The notes under the pieces are model-generated. The model saw only the letters and a program-made list of their open reading frames with translations. It was not told where the DNA came from and did not search any database. The translations under genes were made by a program, and so were the position numbers. A DNA stretch of 64,000 bases from Pelagomonas calceolata (lineage: Eukaryota). The DNA lies in contig CAKKNE010000001.1 in the NCBI GenBank assembly GCA_918797485.1, positions 4,526,001 through 4,590,000 on the forward strand. The letters are read 5' to 3'. Shown here piece after piece: positions 10,166-20,040 of this stretch. The number at the start of each line of letters is the position of its first letter. The first letter of the stretch is position 1.

Positions 10166-12954
10166 ATGGCCACCCAGCACGCCGACGTCAAGCGCTTGCG
10201 AGCGCCTTTTGATGGATTCGTCGTCGACGGCTTCAATTTCACGAAGACGTTCCCGGGCTGCCGCCACTGGCTCCTCACGCACGCGCACAGCGACCACACG
10301 TGCGGCTTGTCGGGAGGCTTCGACGCGGGTACCATCTATTGCTCGGAGATCACGAAACGGCTCGTGACGCGGGACGTCTCGGCGCGTCTAGGAGAACGTA
10401 TGGTCGTCATCAACGCGGGCGCCTCGCTACACATCGAGGAATTATCAACCACGTTAACAGCTCTGGACGCGGGCCACTGCCCGGGGTCGCTCCTCTTCCT
10501 GCTCGAGCACGGGCCCACGAAACTATGTGTCTTGCACACGGGCGACATGCGCGCGTCAGAACACATCCGGAACCAGCCCTTGTTGGCGCCGTTCCGCGAC
10601 AAGACGAAAAAATTGGACGCGCTGTACCTCGACACGACGTACGCCAACCCCAAGTACGACTTCCCGGCGCAAGTTGATGCTTGTGACGAGATCAAGCGCA
10701 TCGTCCGGGAGGAGCTGCGACGGGAGCCCAAAACGTTATTCCTGTGCAACACGTACAGCGTGGGCAAGGAGAACGCGTTCGATGCCGTGGTAGACGCGTC
10801 CGGAGGCACGCTGTTCGTGCCGCCGCGCCGGGCCGAAGCTTTACGGCTGTGCGACCGGTGGCGCGCTTGTTATACGAACGACGTCAATGACCCTCAAGTC
10901 AACGTCTGGGTGGGCGGCGCCACGTCAGGAGTAGATCAAGCCTTAGGTAGAGACCGGGACCAGAAGGGGCCCCACGGTGAACTCAAGAAGCTGCTCGACT
11001 CGCAGCCGCGCTACGAGGCGGTTGTTTCACTGAGATGTACGGGGTGGGAGTATCGGCCCGGGAAAGCGTCGTCCGCGGTCTGGGCGGAGAACGACGGTTG
11101 TACGAGAACTTATGGAGTGCCTTACAGCATCACGCCTGTGTCCTCCACGCCATCGACGCGACGCCTGCTCGATGGCTTGCACCCGACACACTGGTTGATT
11201 TCCCCACAGGCGAGCACTCGTCGTTTCTTGAACTGGACGCCTTCGTCAGAGCGTTGTGTCCACGCGAGGTCGTGCCTACGGTCAACGCTTCCACGAGGGA
11301 CAGGAGGGATAAATTACGAGACTTGTTTTCGCCCGGGACGGACCTGAAGCGAGACAAGGGCCGCATGGACGCCTACCTGAAGGGCGGCGCTCTCGAGGCG
11401 GTCGACGTCCAGCGCCAGAAGCGGTTACTAGCGTCGTTCTCTAAGGCTTCGGAGGTCGAGGTCGACCCCGCGCTCGTAGAACAGCTCCGTGCGATCATCG
11501 GCGAGGCGCCTCAGGACTACTGCGCGCGTTTACTGCGGGACGCTTCATTGAAGATCGACGGCGCGGTCGACGTGCACTTCGGCGCCAATCAAGGTGCCGT
11601 GCCGCGCGAGTACTACGTCACGGCCAAGGAGGGTCCGTCGGAAGACGACGACCGCGACTTGCTCGTCGGGGCCGTCTTCGCGGTGCGCGGTCGCGACGAG
11701 GACTTTAAGCTCTTCAAAGGGAGCTCGCGGGAGCCGCCACCTAAACGGGCGAGGGGCATGCCGCGGCCGAAGGCCCAGCAACCGGGCGGCGCCGCGGATC
11801 GAGTGCGGGCGCGGCTCAAGCAATTGGGGGCTTGCGTGGTCGAGCGGGATGCCAAGGGCGCCAAGAAGCTCGCGCCGACCCATGTTATTGTACCGGAAGG
11901 GACGGAAAAGGGCCAGCTGATCGGCCTCGACGTCTTAGTAAGGGTGCGGACGGAGTCGTGGCTCATCAAGCGATGTCGGGCGTTAGATGCCGGTGCCCTG
12001 GCGCCGCCTCCCAGAGAAGTTGTGGAACTCGCGGCGAAGAAGGCCCAAGGGCCGCCGAAGGAGAAAGCGCCGCCCGACAAGGGGCCCCGCGGCGAGACGC
12101 GCGCGGGCCCGCGGCGGCGGCGCACGCGCGAGACCGACGCGAACTCGCACCGCGCGCTCTCCGAGACCATGTATTTGGTGGAAAGGCGCGACGAGACGCG
12201 GCGCGTGCCGGGGGCCTGCCGCGCGCCGCCGCTTCGCCACGTGTTCGCAGTGTTAGGATCGACAGGCAACGTCTACGACGTCGCGATCCAGAAGGAGCCC
12301 TCGTGCAGCTGCCCCTACGCCGTGAGCCACCCGACGAAGGTGTGCAAGCACCGCTACTTCGTCTGGTACCGCGTTTTGAAAATTCCTCGGGATGATGATC
12401 AGCGATGCTCCGAGGCCGACGCGACGCTGAAGCACGTGCCGCACCAGCGCTACTTGCGCCGAGACGAGCTGCAGACGGTGCTCGTGGATCGGGTGGCGTC
12501 AGCCGCGCCGATGGCGTCGCGGGCGGCTAGAGATGCCTATCGGCGGGCCAGTGGAGACGTGATAGATGTGGACGCGTCGGACGAGGAACGCGAGGTCCCG
12601 CGGCGGCCGCTCGACGAGTGCACGGTCTGCTTCGAGGGCTTCCGCGACGACGCCACGCACGACTTCTGCGGGGCCTGCGGGCGGAACTACCACGAGGCGT
12701 GCCGCGACCGCTGGTTCACGTTCAAGAAAGCTCGCGTGTGTGCGGTGTGCGCGGCGCCCTGGCGGGCCGCGCCGGTGGCGCCCGACGCGGCGGTCGCGCG
12801 GGAAGAGGGCTACGTGAACCTGCGGGCCTTCCAGCCGGACGTCGCATCAGAGCGGGACGCGTCGTCGTACGCGCAGAACGACCGGGGCGAGCGGTGGGTC
12901 GACGTGCACGCGGACCGCGCGGCGGCGAAGGCTACGTCGCCTGGTGCGCCTTGA
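10166..12954 (+). CDS. SNM1/DCLRE1-type MBL/beta-CASP DNA repair nuclease with UBA-like, BRCT-like, SWIM and RING domains; exons 10166-11126 and 11210-12954
   Basis: LTHAHSDHTCGL, DAGHCPGS, LHTGDMR, YLDTTY; spliced VPYSEHSSFLEL; SWIM CSCP...CKH; RING CxxC...C..C...H..C...CxxC. Confidence 0.88.
11127..11209 (+). mobile_element. 83-nt GC-AG intron, introner-like
   Basis: Removal restores the conserved YSEHSS motif; carries the core ACGCCATCGACGCGAC (11147-11162) and the cactggttgattt tail shared with the 36236 intron. Confidence 0.8.
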
Positions 12955-13165
12955 TGTGTGTCTAAGTTTATTGTTGATTATGATTATGAAAGGAAACAGA
13001 GCGCTGAACGAGCGCGTGTGAGCCGTTGGCCGAAAAAACGGGTTTTCCACAATTTTTGCATTTAGCCTGAGCGATTTGTTACACGCGATCGTTGTAAATC
13101 AGACCTCCTGATCACCACACCACCACTGGTGGCTATCGACCTGCGAGACGCCCTGTAATTTACCT

Positions 13166-14584
13166 ATGAGGGTGCTCCCAGATGACTTAGTGGCCAAATG
13201 CCTGGCCATGCTACCGCAGTGCGACCTGCAAAAGTTATGCGTCTGCAAGCGATGGCGCGAGCTCAGGTTGTCTCTGGCGTTCCGCCGGTATCGCCGAGAC
13301 GGCGTCGAGCGCGTGCTTGTCGCGACGAGTTGGGATGATCCGGAGGGGGGGGGCACCCTGGTCGAGTGTTTCGCGCTCATCGACGGGCGGTGGCGAAAGA
13401 TGGCAAATAACAAGGTAGACGCTATCGGTTGTGCTGCCGCGGTCACCTTCAGCGGCGAACTCGTTATTGTTGGGTCGATGCAGAAATACGAGGCTGAGAT
13501 AGATGCGATGTTGTCCTTCGAGGAGCGGCGCGCGCGCGTCACCTACCCCGAGGACGAGTCTCAGAGGGAATGGCCCCCAGACGAGACAGGACGAAGCTAT
13601 AATGGCGTTGCCTTCGATCTCCAGAAGAATAGGTGGCGACGCTTGGATTGGCCTCTTCATGAGAACAAGCACGTCTTCGGGGCTGCATCAAACGATGACG
13701 TCATAGTCATACTCAATGGCAGTTGGGTTGATGGAGCTGCAGCCACTCGTCGCCTGCGATATCACGTGCGTGGCAGCGACGAGTGGCTCGAGCTACCGCT
13801 GCCGCCCCACGAACTTGGGATTCGCGACACTCCATACAACTCGCCGATGGGCATGAGCATCATCGGCGACGTTCTCTATCTCGCCGGCGGCATTGCCTCG
13901 AACGACGAACCGTGGCCGGCCTCGACGATGCTCCAGGCGCTGGATCTGAAGACGCTCGAGTGGACCGTGCTCCCGCCGATGCCGGAGCCGCGGGTCGAAT
14001 GTCTCGCCGTCGCCGTCGACGGGCGGCTCTTCGTATTGGGTGGCTGGTCTTCGTACAGGTATGAGAAGGCTGACTATGACTATGAGCAAAAAAAGTTTGT
14101 TGCGGTACACGACGCATTGAATTCCGTCTGCTCGTTCGATCCGCGTACGGGCACTTGGAGATCGGAGCCGGACATACCTAAATTGCATTCAGGCAGGCCA
14201 ATTGTCAACGGCAGTGAATTTGTTGCACCGTGGGGCGAGTACATGAGCGCAGTTGCGCACATGGGCTCGGTCTGCGTTTTTGGCATCGAGGGGTCCCCGC
14301 CCTTGGCACTCGCAAATGGTGTGTGGACTGCGCTGCCGCCGCTTCCGGAAATAGACTATATGATGCAGTGCGGTTGGCCGGGCCACTCCAATATTAATCT
14401 TCCCTCCGGATATGATCATCCGAGGCTCGCTTCCCTGCCTCTGGAGTTTTTCGCGGACGACGCGGCGGCGCCATGGCCGTTTCGTGTTGCGTCGACGCTC
14501 CGCGGCTGCGCGGCGCCTCGGCGACCCGCCGTCTTCAGGCGAGCGGAATCTCCAGACGATGACGCGATGCCTTCCGATCCCTAG
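13166..14584 (+). CDS. F-box/kelch-repeat protein
   Basis: N-terminal LPDDLVAKCL...VCKRW F-box; kelch-like LYLAGG...W..LPPMPEPR, LFVLGG...FDP..W. Confidence 0.82.
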   Translation: MRVLPDDLVAKCLAMLPQCDLQKLCVCKRWRELRLSLAFRRYRRDGVERVLVATSWDDPEGGGTLVECFALIDGRWRKMANNKVDAIGCAAAVTFSGELVIVGSMQKYEAEIDAMLSFEERRARVTYPEDESQREWPPDETGRSYNGVAFDLQKNRWRRLDWPLHENKHVFGAASNDDVIVILNGSWVDGAAATRRLRYHVRGSDEWLELPLPPHELGIRDTPYNSPMGMSIIGDVLYLAGGIASNDEPWPASTMLQALDLKTLEWTVLPPMPEPRVECLAVAVDGRLFVLGGWSSYRYEKADYDYEQKKFVAVHDALNSVCSFDPRTGTWRSEPDIPKLHSGRPIVNGSEFVAPWGEYMSAVAHMGSVCVFGIEGSPPLALANGVWTALPPLPEIDYMMQCGWPGHSNINLPSGYDHPRLASLPLEFFADDAAAPWPFRVASTLRGCAAPRRPAVFRRAESPDDDAMPSDP

Positions 14585-14713
14585 TTGTTGCATTAAACCC
14601 GTGTAAGTTGTCGAGCTCCTGAGAAAACCCGAACATTGGCGCTGAGCACAGCGCGCTTACTGCGCTGTTGCTCGGCCCACACGCTGCCCCAAGCCCCGAT
14701 ATAGCTCGAAGGG

Positions 14714-14843
14714 ATCCGTGGCAGCCTCGCCGCCGCCGCGTGGCGAGCCCTACTGGCGAAAAACAGCCCCTCACTACTGGGCAGCCTCACTCTGCTGGCA
14801 TCCGTGGCAGCAACGCCGCCGCTGCGTGGCGAGCCCTGCTGGC
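14714..14843. repeat. Imperfect 44-bp direct repeat, period 86 bp, just before an ATG
   Basis: atccgtggcagcctcgccgccgccgcgtggcgagccctactggc (14714-14757) vs atccgtggcagcaacgccgccgctgcgtggcgagccctgctggc (14800-14843). Confidence 0.8.
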
Positions 14844-14847
14844 CAGC

Positions 14848-15516
14848 ATGGCACCACGACACATCCTCTTCCTCCTATGGGTCGCGGAAGCCGCAAACAA
14901 CACGACACTCGCGCCGTCGACGTTCGCGCCGACGACGACACCCGCGCCCACGTCTTCGAGGCACCACCCGGAAGCCTGCCAGGAGCGCTGCTACCCGGAG
15001 GAAGGGCAAAACTACGACGAGGACTGCTGCGCGCTCCGGGACCGGATGTCCTGCCTCGGCAACTACACGCTGATACAGTTGGGCTACGTGTGCGCGTCGG
15101 GCGACGGCTGGAAGGCGCATGCTTACGAGTGCGTCCCCTGCGAGGGACCGGCCTGCGATAACGGTCCCGGCGACGACGCGGACGAGTGCGACGACCATGG
15201 GATGTGGTGGCTTTGGGTCATTTTCTTACCGATGTTCGTGATGATCATTTCGATCGTCTGCGGCATCTGTTGTTGCTTGCATTTCCAAGCTCGTAGGCAC
15301 GCGTGGGAGGACCAGTTCGCGGACAGGCCGATCATGCTGACCCACCGGCCGTGCGTGGAGATGCGCCACGTGCCCGTCGCCGAGGCATTCGTCGCGCAGG
15401 AAGGGGTGGTGCAGGGCGAGGCGCGGCCCGGGGACTCGGCATCCGTCCCGACCGCGGCCGCCGTCGAGTACCCCCTGCCGCCGCTGCCGCCCTCGTATCG
15501 GGCGCCACCACGATAA
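14848..15516 (+). CDS. Single-pass membrane protein with Thr/Pro stalk and Cys-rich ectodomain
   Basis: Signal peptide, TLAPSTFAPTTTPAPT, Cys-rich region, TM followed by a CCC cluster, cytosolic PPSY motif. Confidence 0.7.
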   Translation: MAPRHILFLLWVAEAANNTTLAPSTFAPTTTPAPTSSRHHPEACQERCYPEEGQNYDEDCCALRDRMSCLGNYTLIQLGYVCASGDGWKAHAYECVPCEGPACDNGPGDDADECDDHGMWWLWVIFLPMFVMIISIVCGICCCLHFQARRHAWEDQFADRPIMLTHRPCVEMRHVPVAEAFVAQEGVVQGEARPGDSASVPTAAAVEYPLPPLPPSYRAPPR

Positions 15517-16629
15517 CATATACTTAATTGTTTCTATCGACGAGTCCGCCCCGTCGTTGAGCGCCCCGCGCGCGGCGATGGCGCGGAGCCGCGCCACGAC
15601 GCCGTCCGCCGACACGCTAGCGACCTCATCGAGGCGCGTCTTTGCGTCGCGATTGAAGTGCAGGACGAGCGGCGCAAGGCCACTTGTAGCGTCGTACCAG
15701 AGGCCACTTGTAGCGTCGACGGTGAACGCGTCGCGCGGCACGCCGTCGAGCGGAGAAAACAAGCGGTTGTCGACGTCCAGCACGACGCGGACGGCGGAGG
15801 CGCGCCGCGCGACGTGCCGCGACAGCACGTACTGGTCCGACGCCGTCGTGGGCGGTTCGGTTGCCAGCGCGCCGTCGAGCAGTAGAGAGACGGCGGCCGC
15901 CTCGCCGAGATAACTTCCGCTGTTCAGGTAGCGCAGACCCTTTGGCGTTCGCGCCAGTGGTCCGGCGCAGACGTCGGGCGAGCAGACTCGGTCGGCGCCG
16001 AAGACGATTTTCCCTGGCGGTGGCACGTCGTTGGGTCCCAGCGGCCGCTGGAAGACCGTGTCGTAGGCGTCTACGAATAAAATGAGCGACGACGAGGGGA
16101 GCCGTGTGAGCCAGCTGCGGGTCCACACGATTTTTTGCACCGTCCCCACGAAGCCGAGGCCGAGGCCCAGCACCCAGAGCCGCGGCGCCAGGGCGTGGTC
16201 GTGCGCCGCGATTGAGGCCACGAGCCGTCCGAGCCCCTCGGGCGCCGTCGCGACGGTCGCGACCTCGACGCGCCGGCGCCCGTCATCATCACCAGCAAAG
16301 TCGACGATGGCCATCGACCGGTTCGAGAGCTCGAACCGCGGCGCGAGCGCGTCGTGTATGGCGCCGCGCACGAGGCCCGCGCACGCGTCCGCCGCCCACG
16401 CGCCGTCGATGCCCGGCGCGAGCGTTGTGATGTCATCACGGTGCTCGCTGCAGAAGGTCGTGGCCGTCTTCTCAATCTCCGCGGGCGTCGCCTTCAGCGC
16501 GACGGCCACGACGAAGCGCTGCGGCCCGAGGTCGAGCGCGGCGTAGACGGTGCTCGTCGAGGTGTAGCCGCGGTCCTCGACGACGACTCCTGCGGCTGCT
16601 ACGAGCCAGGCGAGCTGATGCAACAGCAT
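15226..16629 (-). CDS. PLOD-type (procollagen-lysine) glycosyltransferase-domain protein; true 3' end uncertain
   Basis: Signal peptide; LFVDAYD, FGAD..C.P, YLNSGSYLG, SDQ, LHFN motifs. The ORF runs 291 nt into the opposite gene. Confidence 0.75.
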   Translation of the reverse strand: MLLHQLAWLVAAAGVVVEDRGYTSTSTVYAALDLGPQRFVVAVALKATPAEIEKTATTFCSEHRDDITTLAPGIDGAWAADACAGLVRGAIHDALAPRFELSNRSMAIVDFAGDDDGRRRVEVATVATAPEGLGRLVASIAAHDHALAPRLWVLGLGLGFVGTVQKIVWTRSWLTRLPSSSLILFVDAYDTVFQRPLGPNDVPPPGKIVFGADRVCSPDVCAGPLARTPKGLRYLNSGSYLGEAAAVSLLLDGALATEPPTTASDQYVLSRHVARRASAVRVVLDVDNRLFSPLDGVPRDAFTVDATSGLWYDATSGLAPLVLHFNRDAKTRLDEVASVSADGVVARLRAIAARGALNDGADSSIETIKYMLSWWRPIRGRQRRQGVLDGGRGRDGCRVPGPRLALHHPFLRDECLGDGHVAHLHARPVGQHDRPVRELVLPRVPTSLEMQATTDAADDRNDHHEHR

Positions 16630-16796
16630 TCTTCCTTGCGTAGCTCAGCGGTGGTAGATAGCAATCTCATCGCATCGATGGCGTATGGGGTGCAGCGCTT
16701 GGCAGGCGATGCGTGGGGTTCATGGCGCCATCCGGGCAGCTTCGGGGCATTTTTGGGCTGCGCCGCGTGCCTCTTCTCGGAGAGCGGCCGAGAGCC

Positions 16797-16821
16797 TGCT
16801 AGTGTCTTACGGGACGCTAGC
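16797..16821. promoter_or_regulatory. Conserved intergenic CTAG-pair motif
   Basis: tgctagtgtcttacgggacgctagc in a divergent gap. Confidence 0.65.
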
Positions 16822-17140
16822 TGCCAAAGCCGGCGGGCCGCTAAAACAGCCGCGCTGCAGCTCTCCGCTGCACAGAGCGCGCGTAGCGAAAAGCCCAACA
16901 GAAGCCTGACAGCCATCGCTGCAGCTAGCGCCGTCGCCGCGCCCACTGCACGCCCCAGCGCACCGCAAAGCACGACGCCCCTTCACGCGACTGACGAACC
17001 GATAACATTAACCTTAGGACACCTTCGGAGGTCCTCGATCGATGAGACTAACTTGTTTTTCTACTGCCGACGCGTCGTCACAGCAAGAGAGATAGCAAAC
17101 CGACCGCCCGGCCGCCGTCACGCACGTCACACAGGCTCCG

Positions 17141-18280
17141 ATGGTCCGCAAGTACATCGGCAACGGCCAGTGGGCCGACGTGCCCGGCACCGCACCCACG
17201 AAAACCACGACGAACTTAGATCTGGACGCTGCACTAGAAGAAGTAGCTACCAGATTCCTAGTACACCTCCCAGATTCGGAACTCCAGAGCGGCGACCGCC
17301 TCTTCTTCCAGATCGAGCAGGCCCACTGGTTCTACGAGGACTTTCTCGCGGACGCTGATGGTTCCAGCTTACCCCACTTACACCTGAGGAAGTTCGCGTC
17401 CAAGCTTTTTAATAGTGTGGAACTACTCAAACCCTTAAAAGCGCACTACGAGGAGCTGTTCGACGAGTTCCGCGCTTACAAGGGGAAAATACCGGTCTGT
17501 GGATGTGTTCTACTCGATCCCTCCCTGACCAAAGTTGTGTTAGTCCAAAATTGGGCGAAGACGTCCTGGGGTCTGCCGAAAGGAAAACTGAACCAGAACG
17601 AGAAGAAGTCCGAATGCGCAAAGCGCGAGGTCGGCGAGGAGACGGGCTACGACGTCCTGATGGACTTGGACGAGCACGAGGCCCTGGAATTGGTGAACCA
17701 GGACCAGCACGCGGCCATGTTCTGCGTGCCCGACGTCGACCCTTCGTTTGACTTCCAGCCGCGCGTGCGGAAGGAGATTAGCAATGTGAAATTTTTTCCG
17801 TTGGACCAGCTCCCAGCAAAACAGTGGGGCGTCGGCCAGTTCGTGCCCAAAATAAAACGCTGGGTGAAACAATATAAGAAGAAGCGGAAAGGTTTGCCTA
17901 TTGTTGAAGATGATACGCCGCCGGCTTCGCCGTCAAGACCGGTGCCGCCTCCATTGTCACCTTCCCAGGTCGAGCGCTCCCTCGAGGCGTCTTCATCAAA
18001 TGATAGGATTATGAAGGCCTTTGACGACGCGCTGGCGCCGCATCTGGAGGCCGCGCGGCGCGAGCTCGAAGAGGCGCTCGTCGAGGCCGAGGCGTCGTAC
18101 AGCAACGGGCATTCACCAGAGACGGATCTGGAGCCGACGCCGCCGCCCCGGCCCGGTGGCGGCGGCTGGGCCGCGCCGGGCGCGTCTACTACGAAACGAA
18201 AAAAGAAGACGAAGAAGAAGGTGGCCGCGCCACCACCACCGCCTTCTCGACAGAACGACGACGAGGAGGGTTATGCGTAA
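17141..18280 (+). CDS. DCP2: mRNA-decapping enzyme subunit 2
   Basis: Box A (RF..LP...RLFFQIEQAHWFYEDF) and Nudix box WGLPKGK...CAKREVGEETG. Confidence 0.93.
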   Translation: MVRKYIGNGQWADVPGTAPTKTTTNLDLDAALEEVATRFLVHLPDSELQSGDRLFFQIEQAHWFYEDFLADADGSSLPHLHLRKFASKLFNSVELLKPLKAHYEELFDEFRAYKGKIPVCGCVLLDPSLTKVVLVQNWAKTSWGLPKGKLNQNEKKSECAKREVGEETGYDVLMDLDEHEALELVNQDQHAAMFCVPDVDPSFDFQPRVRKEISNVKFFPLDQLPAKQWGVGQFVPKIKRWVKQYKKKRKGLPIVEDDTPPASPSRPVPPPLSPSQVERSLEASSSNDRIMKAFDDALAPHLEAARRELEEALVEAEASYSNGHSPETDLEPTPPPRPGGGGWAAPGASTTKRKKKTKKKVAAPPPPPSRQNDDEEGYA

Positions 18281-18686
18281 CACGTTTATTAGGGATGTCT
18301 TTCTTTGCCGGCGGCGGCGTTGGGTTTTTCTGTACGCCTAGTGGGCAGAGCCCCTTGGGGGAACCCACCGCACGTCCCCGGCGCGCGACCGCGGTTCGTG
18401 GTGGCGGCTTTCGGCTGAGCAGCCGCAGTTCTGCTTCTATCAGTCGGACGACTGGACTATAGATCTGTGGGCCGGACTCGACCCCACTCGGCTTCGGCTT
18501 CGTGTTTTGGCCTCGTCATCGCATGCTGGTCTTTCAACAGCCGAGGATCGACCGAGTACGTAATTGCACAGCAAACGGACCCTGCGAAACCTCTTTACGC
18601 ATAGTTGTTGCAGCACCGAGCACGCAACTTGGATCGCTTCCAACACACGGCTATAATATCCACTGCCAAAAACAGCTTTGCATACC

Positions 18687-19592
18687 ATGAGATCAGCGAC
18701 GCTGCTCGTCGCGTTGCATTCGACGCAAGCGCTGCTGGCACCCAGCACCGTCACGAAAACGCCGGCGAGGGCCGCGCCGACGGCGAACGAGGAACGTGAA
18801 ATGTGCCGCGCATTACCGTGGCTCGAGCGGCCAGCGGGTCTGGACTCGCTGAAGGACGCGGACTACGCTTTGTATTTGCAGGCCGGCGATTTTGGGTTTG
18901 ACCCGCTCGGCTGGGCGGAAGTAGGATGGGGTCTGAACGAGGGCGAGAGCCAGGACGAGCGCGACGACCGCTTGTACGCCTACCGCGAGGCGGAGCTGAA
19001 ACACGGCCGCCTCGCCATGCTCGCGGCCGTGGGCTGGCCGCTGAGCGAGCTCTACGACGGCCGGCTCTCGATGCGGTTGGGGATGCGACCCGAGCTCGTG
19101 AACGTCGACGACAGCGGCGTCGGCCTCGCGCCGTCATTACTCAACGGCGGCCTCGGCCAGGTGGCGACGGGCTACTGGGGCGTCGCCTTGTTCCTCGGAG
19201 CGTATTGGGAGGGCATCGGCGTGCGGCGGCTCAAAGGCCGCGCGCGCGAGGGGCAGAAACGCGCGCCGGGCGACCTGGGCTTCGACCCCCTGGGGTTGTT
19301 GCCCGACAAGAGCGCACCAGAACGACGAAAGCGCATGCTCGAGCAAGAATTGACGCACGGAAGGACCGCCATGCTCGCCATCGTCGGGTTTGCGATCCAG
19401 GAGTTCCTCACGAAGGTGCCGGTCGTCGAGGAGACGCCGCAGTTCTTCGTGCCGCCCGAGGGCGTCGAGCAGGCCTTCTTCCCGCACGTCGGCGAGAACT
19501 TTTTCTTGCGCAAGGACGTCGAGGCCGAGTTCTACCTGTTCGAACTCGTCGGCGAGATCCTCAAGGGCTTCCTGCCCACGGTGCCCCACTAG
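18687..19592 (+). CDS. Light-harvesting complex protein (chlorophyll a/c family)
   Basis: GDFGFDPLG, EAELKHGRLAMLA, PGDLGFDPLG, ELTHGRTAMLA. Confidence 0.93.
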   Translation: MRSATLLVALHSTQALLAPSTVTKTPARAAPTANEEREMCRALPWLERPAGLDSLKDADYALYLQAGDFGFDPLGWAEVGWGLNEGESQDERDDRLYAYREAELKHGRLAMLAAVGWPLSELYDGRLSMRLGMRPELVNVDDSGVGLAPSLLNGGLGQVATGYWGVALFLGAYWEGIGVRRLKGRAREGQKRAPGDLGFDPLGLLPDKSAPERRKRMLEQELTHGRTAMLAIVGFAIQEFLTKVPVVEETPQFFVPPEGVEQAFFPHVGENFFLRKDVEAEFYLFELVGEILKGFLPTVPH

Positions 19593-20040
19593 TCGCGTCG
19601 AATTTCGAATCCCGAACATAAGCATGTGTATTTTTATAGTTTCGCGTCCGCAGCGGTCCGTCATGCTGCGCGTCCGCCTCTGACGCTGGGCCCGGTCCCA
19701 AGGTCGTATGTCAGTGCGCCGATATCTCTCCCGAGACCGGAGGCACCCTTCACCCGAGGCCGAGTGAGCTCGCGACCTTCGGCGTGCCACAACTTTGTGA
19801 CTGGACGACGAGACGGCCGGGCTGCATTACCACATTCGTGTGTGGTTGCGAATAAAGCGTCGGCAGCTGCAGCTGACGTCCAGATACTGCAGCGACACCA
19901 TTTTGTTGGAGCAGATTGCAAGCTCTCGCAGTGATTGCAACACAGTGGTTTTGCATAGCAAAAAAAGCTTTGCTTGCTGCCACAGCAGTGCAGATTGCCA
20001 CCAAAGTCGTGCAACACATCATTGAAAAATCCCTCGCTGC

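Noticed and set aside
18330..18525. Possible snoRNA or structured RNA between DCP2 and the LHC gene (stems; gatgacga...ctga on the minus strand)
   Set aside because: Imperfect C box, no rRNA guide recognised, and GC-rich DNA forms such stems by chance; needs an Infernal/snoscan run.
19626..20030. Small gene between the LHC and ABC1 kinase genes
   Set aside because: No ORF with a credible start or recognisable motif.
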